DNA from: an uncultured Pseudomonadota bacterium
Lineage (GTDB): Bacteria; Pseudomonadota; Gammaproteobacteria; Steroidobacterales; Steroidobacteraceae
Reading direction: 5' to 3'
Assembly (NCBI GenBank): GCA_903884235.1
Contig: CAISEB010000043.1
Span: forward strand, 67,736 to 131,735
DNA: 64,000 nucleotides
Within the stretch, counting starts at the first letter, position 1. Every line of letters starts with the position of its first letter. Positions 20,873 to 31,942 of the stretch are shown piece by piece. A model generated the notes under the pieces. It made no database searches and was not told the origin of the DNA. It saw only the letters and a program-made list of their open reading frames with translations. The position numbers were made by a program, and so were the translations under genes.

Positions 20873-20878
20873 CCCCGA

Positions 20879-23800
20879 TCAGCGCCGTCGCAGGTCGAGC
20901 GTGAACGGATACTCGGCCGACGGCCGCTCCTCCGGCGGCGCGAGGTGCCCCGGCGTGTGGCCCATCCTGAAGAAGCGCGCGCGCCGGCGACTCTCCGATT
21001 CGAAGGCATTCACCGGGAAGGTGTCGTAGTGGCGTCCGCCGGGGTGCATGACGTGATACTGACACCCCCCGATCGAGCGTTCCATCCAACCGTCGACGAG
21101 ATCGAAGCGCAGCGGGGCGTCGACCTCGAGGCGCGGGTGCAGCGCCGAGGCCGGCTGCCACGCCCGGTAGCGGATGCCGCCGACGTACTCGCCGGCCCGC
21201 CCGGTCGGGCGCAGCGGCACGCGCCGGCCGTTGCAGGCGAGCACGTAGCGATCCGGCGCGAGCCCGGTCACGCGCGCCTCGATGCGTTCGACGGACGAGT
21301 CGACGTAGCGCACCGTTCCGCCGCCGCCGCCTTCCTCGCCCATCACGTGCCACGGCTCGAGGGCCTGGCGCAATTCGAGCTCGATGCCGGACACGGCGAC
21401 GTCGCCGATGCGCGGGCAGCGGAACTCGAGGTGCGGGGCGAACCATGAGGCCTCGATCGGCAGGCCTTGGGCGCGCAGTTCGGCGACGACATCGTCGAGG
21501 TCGCGCTCGATGAAGTACGGCAGCATGAAGCGGTCGTGCAATTCAGTGCCCCAGCGCGCGAGGCGCGCCGGGCGGTAGGGCTGCTCCCAGAAGCGCGCGA
21601 CGAGCGATCGCAGCAGGAGCTGCTGGGCGAGGCTCATCCTCGCATGCGGCGGCATCTCGAACGCCCTCAGCTCGACGAGCCCGAGGCGGCCCGCCGCGCC
21701 CTCCGGCGCATAGAGCTTGTCGACGCAGAACTCGGCGCGGTGGGTGTTGCCGGTCACGTCGACGAGCAGGTTGCGGAACAGGCGGTCGACGAGCCAGGGC
21801 GGGACGGGGGTGCCCGGATCCGGGACCTGCTGGAGCGCGATCTCGAGTTCGTACAGCGCATCGTTGCGCGCCTCGTCCACGCGGGGCGCCTGCGAGGTCG
21901 GGCCGACGAACAGCCCCGAGAACAGGTACGACAGTGCGGGGTGGTTGTGCCAGTAGGCGACGAGGCTTCCGAGCAGGTCGGGTCGGCGCAGGAACGGCGA
22001 GTCGGCCGGCGTCGCGCCGCCGAGCACGAAATGATTGCCACCACCGGTGCCCGTGTGCCGGCCATCGAGCATGAACTTCTCGGCGCCGAGGCGAGCCTCG
22101 CGTGCCGTGTCGTACAGGTGCGTCGTGCGTTCGACGAGGTCGGTCCAGCCGGCCGCCGGGTGGACATTGACCTCGATGACGCCCGGGTCCGGCGTCACCC
22201 GGAACGATTCGAGGCGCGGGTCCCGCGGTGGCTCGTATCCCTCCAGCAGGACCGGGGCGCCGAGCCGGCCCGCCGCCCACTCGATCGCGCCGACGAGTTC
22301 CACGTAGTCGTCGGCCGACGCCAGCGGCGGCATGAAGACGTACAGGACCCCGCCGCGGCTCTGGGTGCACAGGGCCGTGCGCACGACGCCGTCGGCGGAC
22401 ACGCCCGGTGCGGTGACCGCGGCCGGCGGTCCGTCGCTCCGCCGTGCGGGATCGGGCTGCACCCGGATCGTCGCCGGCGCGGCCAGGGGTGCCTTCGGGA
22501 CCGACGGGTCGTCGCCGTGCACGTACGGGTACGCCGCGGCGCGAACCCAGGGCTGCGAGTCGAGCGGCAGGCGATAGCCGAGCGGTGAGTCACCGGGCAG
22601 CAGGTAGCAACGCTCGCTGCGCAGGAACCACGGCCCGCTGGCCCAGTTGCGGCCGGCGGCGTCGCGGGCGAGCGGCAGGACGTGCCCGACCGCCGCGGCG
22701 AGGCCCTCGTCGAAGATGCGCGCGAGGCGGCCCCGTTCGACCGCATCCTCGAGCCGCGAGTCGACCGGGTCGACGTTCGCCGGCAGCCGGCGCTCGCGCC
22801 ACAGGTAGTAGAAGGCGTCCTCGTAGGCCGCGAACGCGTGCGCGGCGTCGACGCCGAGTCGACCTGCGACCAGCGCGAGCAGCGCGGCGCCGGTCTCGGG
22901 CGTGGATCCCGCCGGCCGCGCTTCATCGGCGACCAGCGCGGCGTCGTGCCACAGCGGCTGGCCGTCGCGGCGCCAGAAGCAGTTCAGCGACCAGCGCGGC
23001 AACGGCTCGCCCGGATACCACTTGCCCTGGCCGAAGTGGGTGAGCCCCTCGGGCGCATAGTGCGCTCGCAGGCGATGGAACAGGTCCGCGGCGCGCAGTC
23101 GCTTGGTCGGGCCGAGCGCCGCGGTGTTCCATTCGGCGCCGTCCGGATCATCGATCGAGACGAAGGTGGGTTCGCCACCCATCGTCAGGCGCACGTCGCC
23201 GCGCGCGAGCCGCGCATCGACGAGGTGGCCGGCCTGTTCGATCCGCAGCCACTCCGCCTCGGCGTACGGCTTCGTGACCCGCGGCGTCTCGGCGATGCGC
23301 CGCACCTGCATCTCGTGCGAGAACGTGCAGTCGCTTTCCTCGACGAGGCCGGTGACGGGTGCTGCTGACGCGGGGTCGGCCGTGCAGGCGAGCGGCACGT
23401 GGCCTTCGCCCGCCAGCAGCCCGGAGGTCGGATCGAGGCCGATCCAGCCCGCGCCCGGCAGGTAGACCTCGCACCACGCGTGCAGGTCCGTGAAGTCGGC
23501 GGAGGGACCCGCGGGTCCGTCGAGCGGGACCACGTCCGGCACCAGCGGGATCAGGTAGCCCGATGCGAAGCGGGCGGCGAACCCGAGCCGGCGCAGCAGC
23601 TGCACGAGCAGCCAGGCGGAGTCGCGGCACGAGCCTGAGCCGAGCGACAGCGTGTCCTCCGGCGCCTGCACGCCGGGTTCCATCCGGATCACGTAGCGGA
23701 TGTCGCGCGACAGGCTGAGGTTCAGGGCCACGAGGAAGTCGACGACGCTCTCGTGCCGGGCGGGCAATTCGGCGAGCCGCTCCGCCAGCCGCGGTGTCAG

Positions 23801-24166
23801 CGGCCCGAGCTCGCGGTAGGGTTCGAGGGCCTTGCAGTCCTCGGCGGCGTAGTCGAACGGGAACGCGCGCGCGTAGGGCTCGAGGAAGAAGTCGAACGGG
23901 TTCTGGACCGCGATCTCGGCGATGAGGTCGACCTCGATGCGGAACTCCTCGACACGCTCCGGGAAGGTCAGTCGCGCGAGGTAGTTCGAGTTCGCGTCCT
24001 GCTGCCAGTTCACGAAGTGCTGCGCGGGCGTGATCGTCAGCGAGTAGGACAGGATGCGGGTCCGGCCGTGCGGCGCGGGGCGCAGGCGCACGACCTGGGG
24101 CCCCAGCTGGACGGGCCGGTCGTAGCGGTAGTGCGTGACGTGGTTCAGGGCGACGTGGATCGACAA
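20879..24166 (-). CDS. large transglutaminase-like protein with C-terminal DUF2126-type region (1095 aa)
   Basis: A TTG start at 24166 is preceded by GGAGAA 4-5 nt upstream. The next in-frame upstream codons give no plausible start, and the upstream 440 codons of the six-frame ORF are an Arg/Ala-rich artefact. The N-terminus SIHVALNHVTHYRYDRPV is a TGase N-terminal domain. The core is GSCRDSAWLLVQLL...DLHAWCEVYLPGAGWIGLDPTSG, followed by about 750 aa of conserved unknown region. Confidence 0.7.
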   Translation of the reverse strand: MSIHVALNHVTHYRYDRPVQLGPQVVRLRPAPHGRTRILSYSLTITPAQHFVNWQQDANSNYLARLTFPERVEEFRIEVDLIAEIAVQNPFDFFLEPYARAFPFDYAAEDCKALEPYRELGPLTPRLAERLAELPARHESVVDFLVALNLSLSRDIRYVIRMEPGVQAPEDTLSLGSGSCRDSAWLLVQLLRRLGFAARFASGYLIPLVPDVVPLDGPAGPSADFTDLHAWCEVYLPGAGWIGLDPTSGLLAGEGHVPLACTADPASAAPVTGLVEESDCTFSHEMQVRRIAETPRVTKPYAEAEWLRIEQAGHLVDARLARGDVRLTMGGEPTFVSIDDPDGAEWNTAALGPTKRLRAADLFHRLRAHYAPEGLTHFGQGKWYPGEPLPRWSLNCFWRRDGQPLWHDAALVADEARPAGSTPETGAALLALVAGRLGVDAAHAFAAYEDAFYYLWRERRLPANVDPVDSRLEDAVERGRLARIFDEGLAAAVGHVLPLARDAAGRNWASGPWFLRSERCYLLPGDSPLGYRLPLDSQPWVRAAAYPYVHGDDPSVPKAPLAAPATIRVQPDPARRSDGPPAAVTAPGVSADGVVRTALCTQSRGGVLYVFMPPLASADDYVELVGAIEWAAGRLGAPVLLEGYEPPRDPRLESFRVTPDPGVIEVNVHPAAGWTDLVERTTHLYDTAREARLGAEKFMLDGRHTGTGGGNHFVLGGATPADSPFLRRPDLLGSLVAYWHNHPALSYLFSGLFVGPTSQAPRVDEARNDALYELEIALQQVPDPGTPVPPWLVDRLFRNLLVDVTGNTHRAEFCVDKLYAPEGAAGRLGLVELRAFEMPPHARMSLAQQLLLRSLVARFWEQPYRPARLARWGTELHDRFMLPYFIERDLDDVVAELRAQGLPIEASWFAPHLEFRCPRIGDVAVSGIELELRQALEPWHVMGEEGGGGGTVRYVDSSVERIEARVTGLAPDRYVLACNGRRVPLRPTGRAGEYVGGIRYRAWQPASALHPRLEVDAPLRFDLVDGWMERSIGGCQYHVMHPGGRHYDTFPVNAFESESRRRARFFRMGHTPGHLAPPEERPSAEYPFTLDLRRR

Positions 24167-24388
24167 GGCGTTCTCCGCAGCGTGCTGCGCTGCAGGGCAG
24201 AGAATACCCGGTAATCGCCCGCTGCTCGCGGGGCCGGGGTCACGGAACGCGTCTGGAGGGTGCGAACGGGCCCGGCGGCGACCCTGCGCGAATTTGGTGC
24301 GCCCGTCGCACCGTCCTGGGGCAGAAATCCGGGTTTGAATGCGCGCCGGCTGCACTGCTATGGTCGGTTTGTCGCCCGGATCTACCGA

Positions 24389-25840
<1,452 letters not shown>

Positions 25841-25842
25841 CG

Positions 25843-26787
25843 ATGCTGGCGCGCACCGTCGAGAACATGTACTGGCTTGCGCGCTACGTCGAACGCGCCG
25901 AGAACATGGCGCGCATGATCAGCGCGACGACCAACGTGCTGCTCGACCTGCCGGGCGCGAGCGCGCATCGCTGGGCGCCGATGATCGCGATCACCGGCAG
26001 CGAGGCCGAGTTCGAGCGCCGAGGCCTCGACGCGGACGAGCGCTCGGTGGTGCAGTTCCTGATCGCCGATCCCGGCAACCCGGGCTCGATCGTCGCCTCA
26101 TTGCGAGCGGCGCGCGAGAATGCCCGCACGCTGCGCGAAGTCATCCCGGCCGCGGTCTGGGAGCAGCTCAATCACTTCTACCACGAGGTCAACGACGAGG
26201 TGGCGGTGGGGCTCCCGCAGCGCAACCGCTTCAACCTGCTGAAGCGCATCGTCGTCAATTCGCAGGCGCTGACCGGCGCCTTCGACGGCACCGCGAGCCG
26301 CAACGACGCCTGGGCGTTCCTGCTGCTCGGCCGCAACCTCGAGCGCGCCGACATGACGAGCCGCATCCTCGACGTGCGCTCGGCGGAGCTGAAGCGCGCG
26401 TCCGCCGCCGAGGAGGATCCCTACGAGCTGATCCAGTGGATGAGCGTGCTCAAGTCGTTGTCCGGCTACCAGATGTACCGACTCGCGAGGCGCACGCGCG
26501 TCGCGCGCGCCGACGTGCTCGACTTCCTGCTCCGGGACGGCCAGTTCCCGCGCTCGTGCGCGTTCTGCCTGCGCGAGATGACGCATGTGCTCGGCGAGCT
26601 GCCGCGGGCGGACGAGGTGCTGAACTCGCTCGTCGCGGCCGCGCAGTTCATTGCCGGCGCCGACCTCGCCGCGGTGGACCAGCCTGCGCTGCAGCGGCTG
26701 CTCGACGAGTTGCAGCTGCATATCAAGGCCGTGCACGAGGGCATCGCAGCCACGTACTTCCCCAGCGCCCCCTCGGTCGCGACCTAG
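25843..26787 (+). CDS. alpha-E domain protein
   Basis: The product is MLARTVENMYWLARYVERAENMARMISATTNVLLDL...ILDVRS..., 314 aa. It starts 3 nt after the stop of the ATP-grasp gene. Confidence 0.75.
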   Translation: MLARTVENMYWLARYVERAENMARMISATTNVLLDLPGASAHRWAPMIAITGSEAEFERRGLDADERSVVQFLIADPGNPGSIVASLRAARENARTLREVIPAAVWEQLNHFYHEVNDEVAVGLPQRNRFNLLKRIVVNSQALTGAFDGTASRNDAWAFLLLGRNLERADMTSRILDVRSAELKRASAAEEDPYELIQWMSVLKSLSGYQMYRLARRTRVARADVLDFLLRDGQFPRSCAFCLREMTHVLGELPRADEVLNSLVAAAQFIAGADLAAVDQPALQRLLDELQLHIKAVHEGIAATYFPSAPSVAT

Positions 26788-28808
26788 CGGCGGTAGCGCT
26801 CGAGGGCGTCGCCTAGCGCTTCTCGCAGCGGGCCGAGCCACGGCTCGTAGTGGCGCCACTGGTCGAGCCCCTCCCGGTAGATCGGTTGTCGCACCTGCTC
26901 CGAGCTCGCCGTGCGAACGCTGCGCACGTTCTTGTGGTACTCGAGGCAGGCCTGCTCGAACGGCAGGCCGAGGTAGTCGAGGATGCGGCGGACGCTGCCT
27001 TCGAGGTCGTCGACGACGTCCTCGTGTTGCACCCGCAGCACGCGGCCCGGCAGTGCCTCGTCCCAGTGCGCCATCAGCTCTAGATAGGTCCTGTAGTAGC
27101 GCGCGATGTCATCGACGCTGTAGCAGAACTCCTGGCCACGCGCGAACAGCTGCTTCAGGTTGCCGAAGCAGCACGCCATCGGCTCGCGCCGGGCGTCGAT
27201 GATCTTCGCGTTCGGCAGCATCAGGTGGATGAGGCCGACGTGCCGGAAGTTGTTCGGCATCTTGTCGATGAAGTAGGGGCTGCCGGTGCGGTAGACCTGC
27301 GAGTCGGCCAGGTATTTCTCGCCGAGGCGCCGGCAGTCCTCCGCCGACAGGTCCGCGAGGCAGCGCGGATAGCGCGGGTTGCTGAAGTCCGGGTTGTAGC
27401 CCTGCAGGTCGAGCGCCGCGCGGGGTATCAGCGCGAGCTCCTGCGTGCCCTCGACCTGCGTGTGCGAGGCGAGGATCTGCTCGAGCAGCGTGGAGCCTGC
27501 GCGCGGCAGGCCGAGGATGAAGATCGGCGCCGGATCCGACGCGCCATGGTCGCGCCGGGCGGCGAAGAACTCGCGGGTGCAGGTCTCTTTCTGCAGCGCG
27601 GTGTTCTGCTCGAGCAGGTCAGGCCGGTACTTGCTCTCGGCGCGCTTCATCGCGTTGCCGATCTCGTAGTACCGCCAGCTCTTCTCGAACTCCTTGCGGT
27701 CCTCGAATGCCTTTCCGAGGGCGAACGAGATGTGGTATCGGTCCGGCGCCGATAGCGAGGCGTCGCCTTGGGCGCGCTCGAGGTCCGCGATCTCCTCGTC
27801 CGAGAACCGGTAGGTCTTGAGGTTGGCGAGGCTCCAGTAGGCGTCACCGAAATTCGGCCGCGCGGCGATCGCCTTGCGGTAGGTCTCGATGGCCTCGTCG
27901 CGGCGTCCCAGCGTCTTCATCGAGTGCGCGATCGACAGGTGGAGGTCGGCGGCGGCGACCGATTTTGGCGGGGTGTCGAGCAGGACGTCCGAGAAGCCGC
28001 GGATGCCGCCTTCATGGTCGCCGAGGCCGACCGTGGCGGTCGCCTGCAGCGTGCGGTAGTCGATGTTCCTCGGGTCGATCTTGAGCAGTCGCTCGAGCTG
28101 CGCCAGCGCCTCGACGTGCTTGTGGCGATCGAGCAGGACGCAGGCGTAGTCGCGGCGCAGTTCGATGTAGTCAGGCTGCATCTCGAGTGCGGCGGCCAGC
28201 AGGATCTCGGCGTCGTCGAGGATGTCACGCGCGACGCCGATCCGGGCGAGCAGCCGCATGGCCTCGACATGATCGCCATTGCGAATCAGAAACGCGCGGA
28301 TAAGGCGCTCCGAGGCCACGAGGTCGCCCTCGCAGAACAGTCCCGTCGCCGTCACGACCTCGGCCGGCATCGCCTTGAGCTTCTGGGCGTGCACGGCGGC
28401 CACGTGTCGATGCTCCTCGTTGCCGAGCATCTTGTGCAGTCCCTCGAGCATGCTCCACGTGGCCGGCAGGGCGGGGTTGATGCGCACCGCTCGTTCGTAA
28501 GCCTCGACGGCGCGCGGTGCGTCCTTCAGCGCGACGTAGCAATGACCGCGCTCCTGGTAGAGCAGGCTCGAGTTCGGGTGGTGGCGCTCCAGCTCGGCGA
28601 GCGTCGCGAGCGCCTCGGGCAGCCGGCGCGACTGGCGCAGTGCCAGCGCGAGCAGATAGAGCACGTCGCGGTTTTCAGGGTATGCCGGTCGCAGCGCCGC
28701 GGCGGCGTCCACGGCGTCGGCAAAGCGCTGCTCCTTGAGCAGGCCCCGGATGCGCAGCACCTCGGCTTCGGCGCCGCCGCGGGCCGCCGGCTGGGACGTC
28801 TCGGTCAT
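26784..28808 (-). CDS. TPR-repeat protein with C-terminal sulfotransferase domain
   Basis: The N-terminal roughly 400 aa are TPR-like helical repeats. The C-terminal region contains a PAPS-binding 5'-PSB-type motif, ILGLPRAGSTLLEQILASH, and a later RREPMACCFGNLKQLF motif typical of sulfotransferase family proteins. The start is ATG 28808; the ORF track gives 20 extra codons. Confidence 0.65.
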   Translation of the reverse strand: MTETSQPAARGGAEAEVLRIRGLLKEQRFADAVDAAAALRPAYPENRDVLYLLALALRQSRRLPEALATLAELERHHPNSSLLYQERGHCYVALKDAPRAVEAYERAVRINPALPATWSMLEGLHKMLGNEEHRHVAAVHAQKLKAMPAEVVTATGLFCEGDLVASERLIRAFLIRNGDHVEAMRLLARIGVARDILDDAEILLAAALEMQPDYIELRRDYACVLLDRHKHVEALAQLERLLKIDPRNIDYRTLQATATVGLGDHEGGIRGFSDVLLDTPPKSVAAADLHLSIAHSMKTLGRRDEAIETYRKAIAARPNFGDAYWSLANLKTYRFSDEEIADLERAQGDASLSAPDRYHISFALGKAFEDRKEFEKSWRYYEIGNAMKRAESKYRPDLLEQNTALQKETCTREFFAARRDHGASDPAPIFILGLPRAGSTLLEQILASHTQVEGTQELALIPRAALDLQGYNPDFSNPRYPRCLADLSAEDCRRLGEKYLADSQVYRTGSPYFIDKMPNNFRHVGLIHLMLPNAKIIDARREPMACCFGNLKQLFARGQEFCYSVDDIARYYRTYLELMAHWDEALPGRVLRVQHEDVVDDLEGSVRRILDYLGLPFEQACLEYHKNVRSVRTASSEQVRQPIYREGLDQWRHYEPWLGPLREALGDALERYRR

Positions 28809-28898
28809 GAAAAACTTCCACAAAAACAAAGGGCGGACATCGCTGTCCGCCCTTCGAGTGTACCGCAACCGTTGCCGGTCGCGGTTCGCGAGCCCTGC

Positions 28899-31568
28899 TT
28901 AGAACTTCAGGGCAACCTTGAGGCCGAGTACGCGCGGGCGCAGCGGCACTTCCGCCTTGATGAACTGGCCGGACGAGGTGAACGTGCTCGCGTTCTCGTT
29001 CGACAGGTTCTGGCCGTAGAGCTGCAGTTCCCACTGATCCTTCGCCACGCCGATCGTCGCGTCGTAGGTGTTGTAGGAGGGCATCTCGTAGCGCAGCCAG
29101 GTCGTGGACGGGACGATGATCCCCTCACCCGACGGGAAGCTGCTCGGCGTGTTGTTCATCGAGTCGGTGTGGTTCAGGCCCACCAGCGCGAACGCCTTGT
29201 ACTCGCCGGCGGTCCAGTCATAGCGGGCCCGCAGGTTGTACTGCAGCTTCGGCGAGAACGCCGGCGTGTCGCCGACATTGCCGAGCGGGTTCGGGATCGC
29301 GATGTTCTGGTTGCCGACGCGCACCTGCGTGATGCACTGGCCAGCCGGCGTCGGGTTGCCCGGCGTGTAGCCCGTCACGCCGGCCGAGACGATGCACGGC
29401 GAGGTCGACTGCTTCGCGTCGTTGTACGAGACCGAACCGGTGAGGGTCAGGTTGTCGGTCGCCAGCGCCGTGACCTGCAGCTCGAAGCCCTTCACCCGAT
29501 AGTCCGGGCCATTCACGCCGAAGGTCGTGTTGCCGTACACGGGCGGGTTGTAGATCTGCGTCTGGACGTTCTTCCAGTCCATCTGGTAGATCGACCCGTT
29601 CACCTGCAGGTGGCGATTGAAGAACTGGGTCTTGAAGCCCAGTTCGTTGTTCACCAGCGTGTCAGGCGAGTAGCTCAGCGGCTTCACGAACTGCTTGACC
29701 TGGCTGTCGCCGGGGCCTGCCAATACACCGTCCGCGAGTGCGGCGCCCGTGGAATCGACCCACAGCTTGGTCACGCCCTTCGTCGTGCGGTTGAAGGCGC
29801 CCGGGCGATAGCCCTGCGAGAACGTGTAGTAGACCATCGAGTCGGTGGTCGGGTGCCACGTCAGGTTGGCGCGGCTCTTGAAGCCCGAGAACGTCGCGTT
29901 GTGCGCGTTGTCGTAGGTGCCGCCGATGCCGGTCGCGATGCAGGCGCCGTTCGCGACGTTGACACAGCTCGAACCGGTGCCGTACTGCGAGCCCACTTCC
30001 TGCTCAGTGTACTTGTAGTAGCGGGTGCCGATCGTCGCCGTCAGGACCTTCGGGATCAGGTCGTAGTCGAACGAACCGAACACCGCGGTCTGCTTGTAGC
30101 CGCGCTGCAGATCTTCGCCGAAGTTGACGTAGTCGTTGCGCGTGTTCGGGTTGAGCGCGGCCTGCACCGGCGTCACGTTGCCGAGACAGATCGGGCCGCC
30201 GGCCAGCGCCGCGGCGAGGTTGTCCGGCGTGCAGGACGGGATGGTCTTCTGGTAGAAGTCCATGCTGTCCTTGATCTCGAAGTCTTCCCAGTACACGCCA
30301 CCGACGAAGCGGGCGCGCCAGTCGTCCGGCGTCGACAGCCGGAACTCATGGCTCTGGTGGGTGCTCTCCACCGAATCGTGCCAGCCCATGACCGGCGAGT
30401 AGCAGGTCGCGGGGCCGGAGCCGCCGAAGTTGGAGCCGCCGCCGCCGACGCACGAATAGTAGAACCCGCCCGGCGTGCGCGCGTAGTTCGTGTAGTCCAT
30501 GCTCTGGTCGATGTGACGGGTCAGGTAGGCGCCGGTGTAGACCAGCTTCAGGTCGCCGGCCTTGCCGTTCACGGTCCAGGACGTGGTCGACGCCTTGTCC
30601 TTGTTCCACGCCGGGAAGAACGACGTCTCCTCGAGTGGGCCGAGGTTCGTGAGGCCGATGCCGACCGGCATCTGCACCGACATGCCCTCGGCGTCCATGT
30701 TCTGGTAGCTCTGCTGGATCAGCGCGCTCCAGTCATCGTTGATCTGGTAGAGCGCCGACAGCCGCATTCCCTGGTACGTGACCGGGTTCTGCGCGCGCTT
30801 GGCGATCGCGTAGTTGTTATACGTGTCGAGGTGCGCGGGATACGAGGAACTGTACGCGCTCGGGCCCGTGTCGACGGCCGGATTGCGCGTGAACGTCGTC
30901 GGGACGTTGTCGATGTAGCCACCGCGGTGGTCGTTGTAGAACACGCCGCGAACCGCAAGCTTGTCGCTCAGTGGCAGGTTCAGCACGGCGCTGATCGACG
31001 TGTTCGGGTCGCCATGCGCGGTCGTGCCGTAGCTCGCCTCGGCGCGGCCCTCGGTGACGCCGAGCTTCGGCTTGTTCGTGATGTAGCGCAGCGCGCCGGC
31101 TTCGGCACCGCCGCCGAACAGCGTGCCCTGGGGGCCTTCGAGGACTTCGATCCGCTCCATGTCGACCATGTAGATGTCGAGGTTGCGCGACGGGAACGTC
31201 AGCGACTGGTCGTCGAGGTAGGTCGCGACGTTCGGGAACGGCGCGATCGAGGCGGAGGACTGGCCGCCGGCGAAGCCGGCCGACAGGCCACGCATGAAGA
31301 TGTTGCCCTGGCCCGGGCCGTTGGCGCCGAGGGTCACGTTCGGCAGCATCTTGATGACGTCGTCGAACGTCGAAACACTGAGCTTCGACAGGGTGTCGGC
31401 GCTGATTGCCTGGATCGTGATCGGGACGTTCTGGATCGACTCAGAGCGGCGCTGGGCCGTGACGACGATCTCTTCGATGCCGCCCGTCGACTCCGCGGCG
31501 CCGGCAACCGCCGCCGTCGTGCCGAGGACCGTCGCGATCGCGAAGGCCAAACCGTTTTTCTTGAGCAC
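28899..31568 (-). CDS. TonB-dependent outer membrane receptor
   Basis: A GTG start at 31568 is preceded by GGGAGAAG 5 nt upstream. The signal peptide is MLKKNGLAFAIATVLGTTAAVAGAAE. The plug domain contains EIVVTAQRRSESIQNVPITIQ and a TonB box. The 889 aa beta-barrel ends with the C-terminal motif KVALKF. Confidence 0.85.
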   Translation of the reverse strand: MLKKNGLAFAIATVLGTTAAVAGAAESTGGIEEIVVTAQRRSESIQNVPITIQAISADTLSKLSVSTFDDVIKMLPNVTLGANGPGQGNIFMRGLSAGFAGGQSSASIAPFPNVATYLDDQSLTFPSRNLDIYMVDMERIEVLEGPQGTLFGGGAEAGALRYITNKPKLGVTEGRAEASYGTTAHGDPNTSISAVLNLPLSDKLAVRGVFYNDHRGGYIDNVPTTFTRNPAVDTGPSAYSSSYPAHLDTYNNYAIAKRAQNPVTYQGMRLSALYQINDDWSALIQQSYQNMDAEGMSVQMPVGIGLTNLGPLEETSFFPAWNKDKASTTSWTVNGKAGDLKLVYTGAYLTRHIDQSMDYTNYARTPGGFYYSCVGGGGSNFGGSGPATCYSPVMGWHDSVESTHQSHEFRLSTPDDWRARFVGGVYWEDFEIKDSMDFYQKTIPSCTPDNLAAALAGGPICLGNVTPVQAALNPNTRNDYVNFGEDLQRGYKQTAVFGSFDYDLIPKVLTATIGTRYYKYTEQEVGSQYGTGSSCVNVANGACIATGIGGTYDNAHNATFSGFKSRANLTWHPTTDSMVYYTFSQGYRPGAFNRTTKGVTKLWVDSTGAALADGVLAGPGDSQVKQFVKPLSYSPDTLVNNELGFKTQFFNRHLQVNGSIYQMDWKNVQTQIYNPPVYGNTTFGVNGPDYRVKGFELQVTALATDNLTLTGSVSYNDAKQSTSPCIVSAGVTGYTPGNPTPAGQCITQVRVGNQNIAIPNPLGNVGDTPAFSPKLQYNLRARYDWTAGEYKAFALVGLNHTDSMNNTPSSFPSGEGIIVPSTTWLRYEMPSYNTYDATIGVAKDQWELQLYGQNLSNENASTFTSSGQFIKAEVPLRPRVLGLKVALKF

Positions 31569-31713
31569 TAGCTTCTCCCGTGGTCACTTTTGAATAGAAA
31601 TCCCGCGCCCGCCCATGTCCCTCATCCGGGCGCTCCAGATACCTCTCCGTGCAGGCACCAGGCGCCCGCCGGCTTGGGGATATCACTGATGTCGCACCTT
31701 AACCACGTTCTTG

Positions 31714-31769
31714 TGACAGGCGCAACCTTGCCCCGTGACGAGGCGCGGTATCGGGCAACTGTAACGAGG
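31714..31769. promoter_or_regulatory. three spaced direct repeats GTGAC(G)AGG / GTAACGAGG in the TonB-receptor / MocR-regulator divergent intergenic region (candidate operator)
   Basis: GTGACAGG is at 31714, GTGACGAGG at 31735 and GTAACGAGG at 31761. Spacings are 21 and 26 bp. MocR-type regulators commonly bind spaced direct repeats. Confidence 0.2.
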
Positions 31770-31942
31770 AATCGATCCCTTAATCGCCCCTTGCACCGGT
31801 TTGGGGCGACTTCTGTCTGTTGCTCGCGCGCAACGAAATGCGACCTGGCGGGCGGCGCGCGCACTGCGGCAGGCCGCAGCGGCGCGTTAAGCTAGCCCAC
31901 CGCCGGTCACCGGCTCCCGCAGACCCTGGCCCCAGGACGAAG

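Noticed and set aside
24168-24310. 6-bp GC hairpins gcagcg-tgctg-cgctgc and ggtgcg-cccgt-cgcacc in the divergent region of the ATP-grasp locus
   Set aside because: Short perfect GC stems occur frequently by chance at 70% GC. There is no flanking U-tract or conservation evidence. They were not called as regulatory features.
27768-31571. 1267-aa plus-strand ORF spanning the TonB-receptor and TPR-sulfotransferase region
   Set aside because: It is entirely antisense to two genes with strong, recognisable homology and proper signal peptide and Shine-Dalgarno sequences. The translation is Arg/Ala/Gly/Val-rich low-complexity sequence typical of antisense frames in 70% GC DNA.
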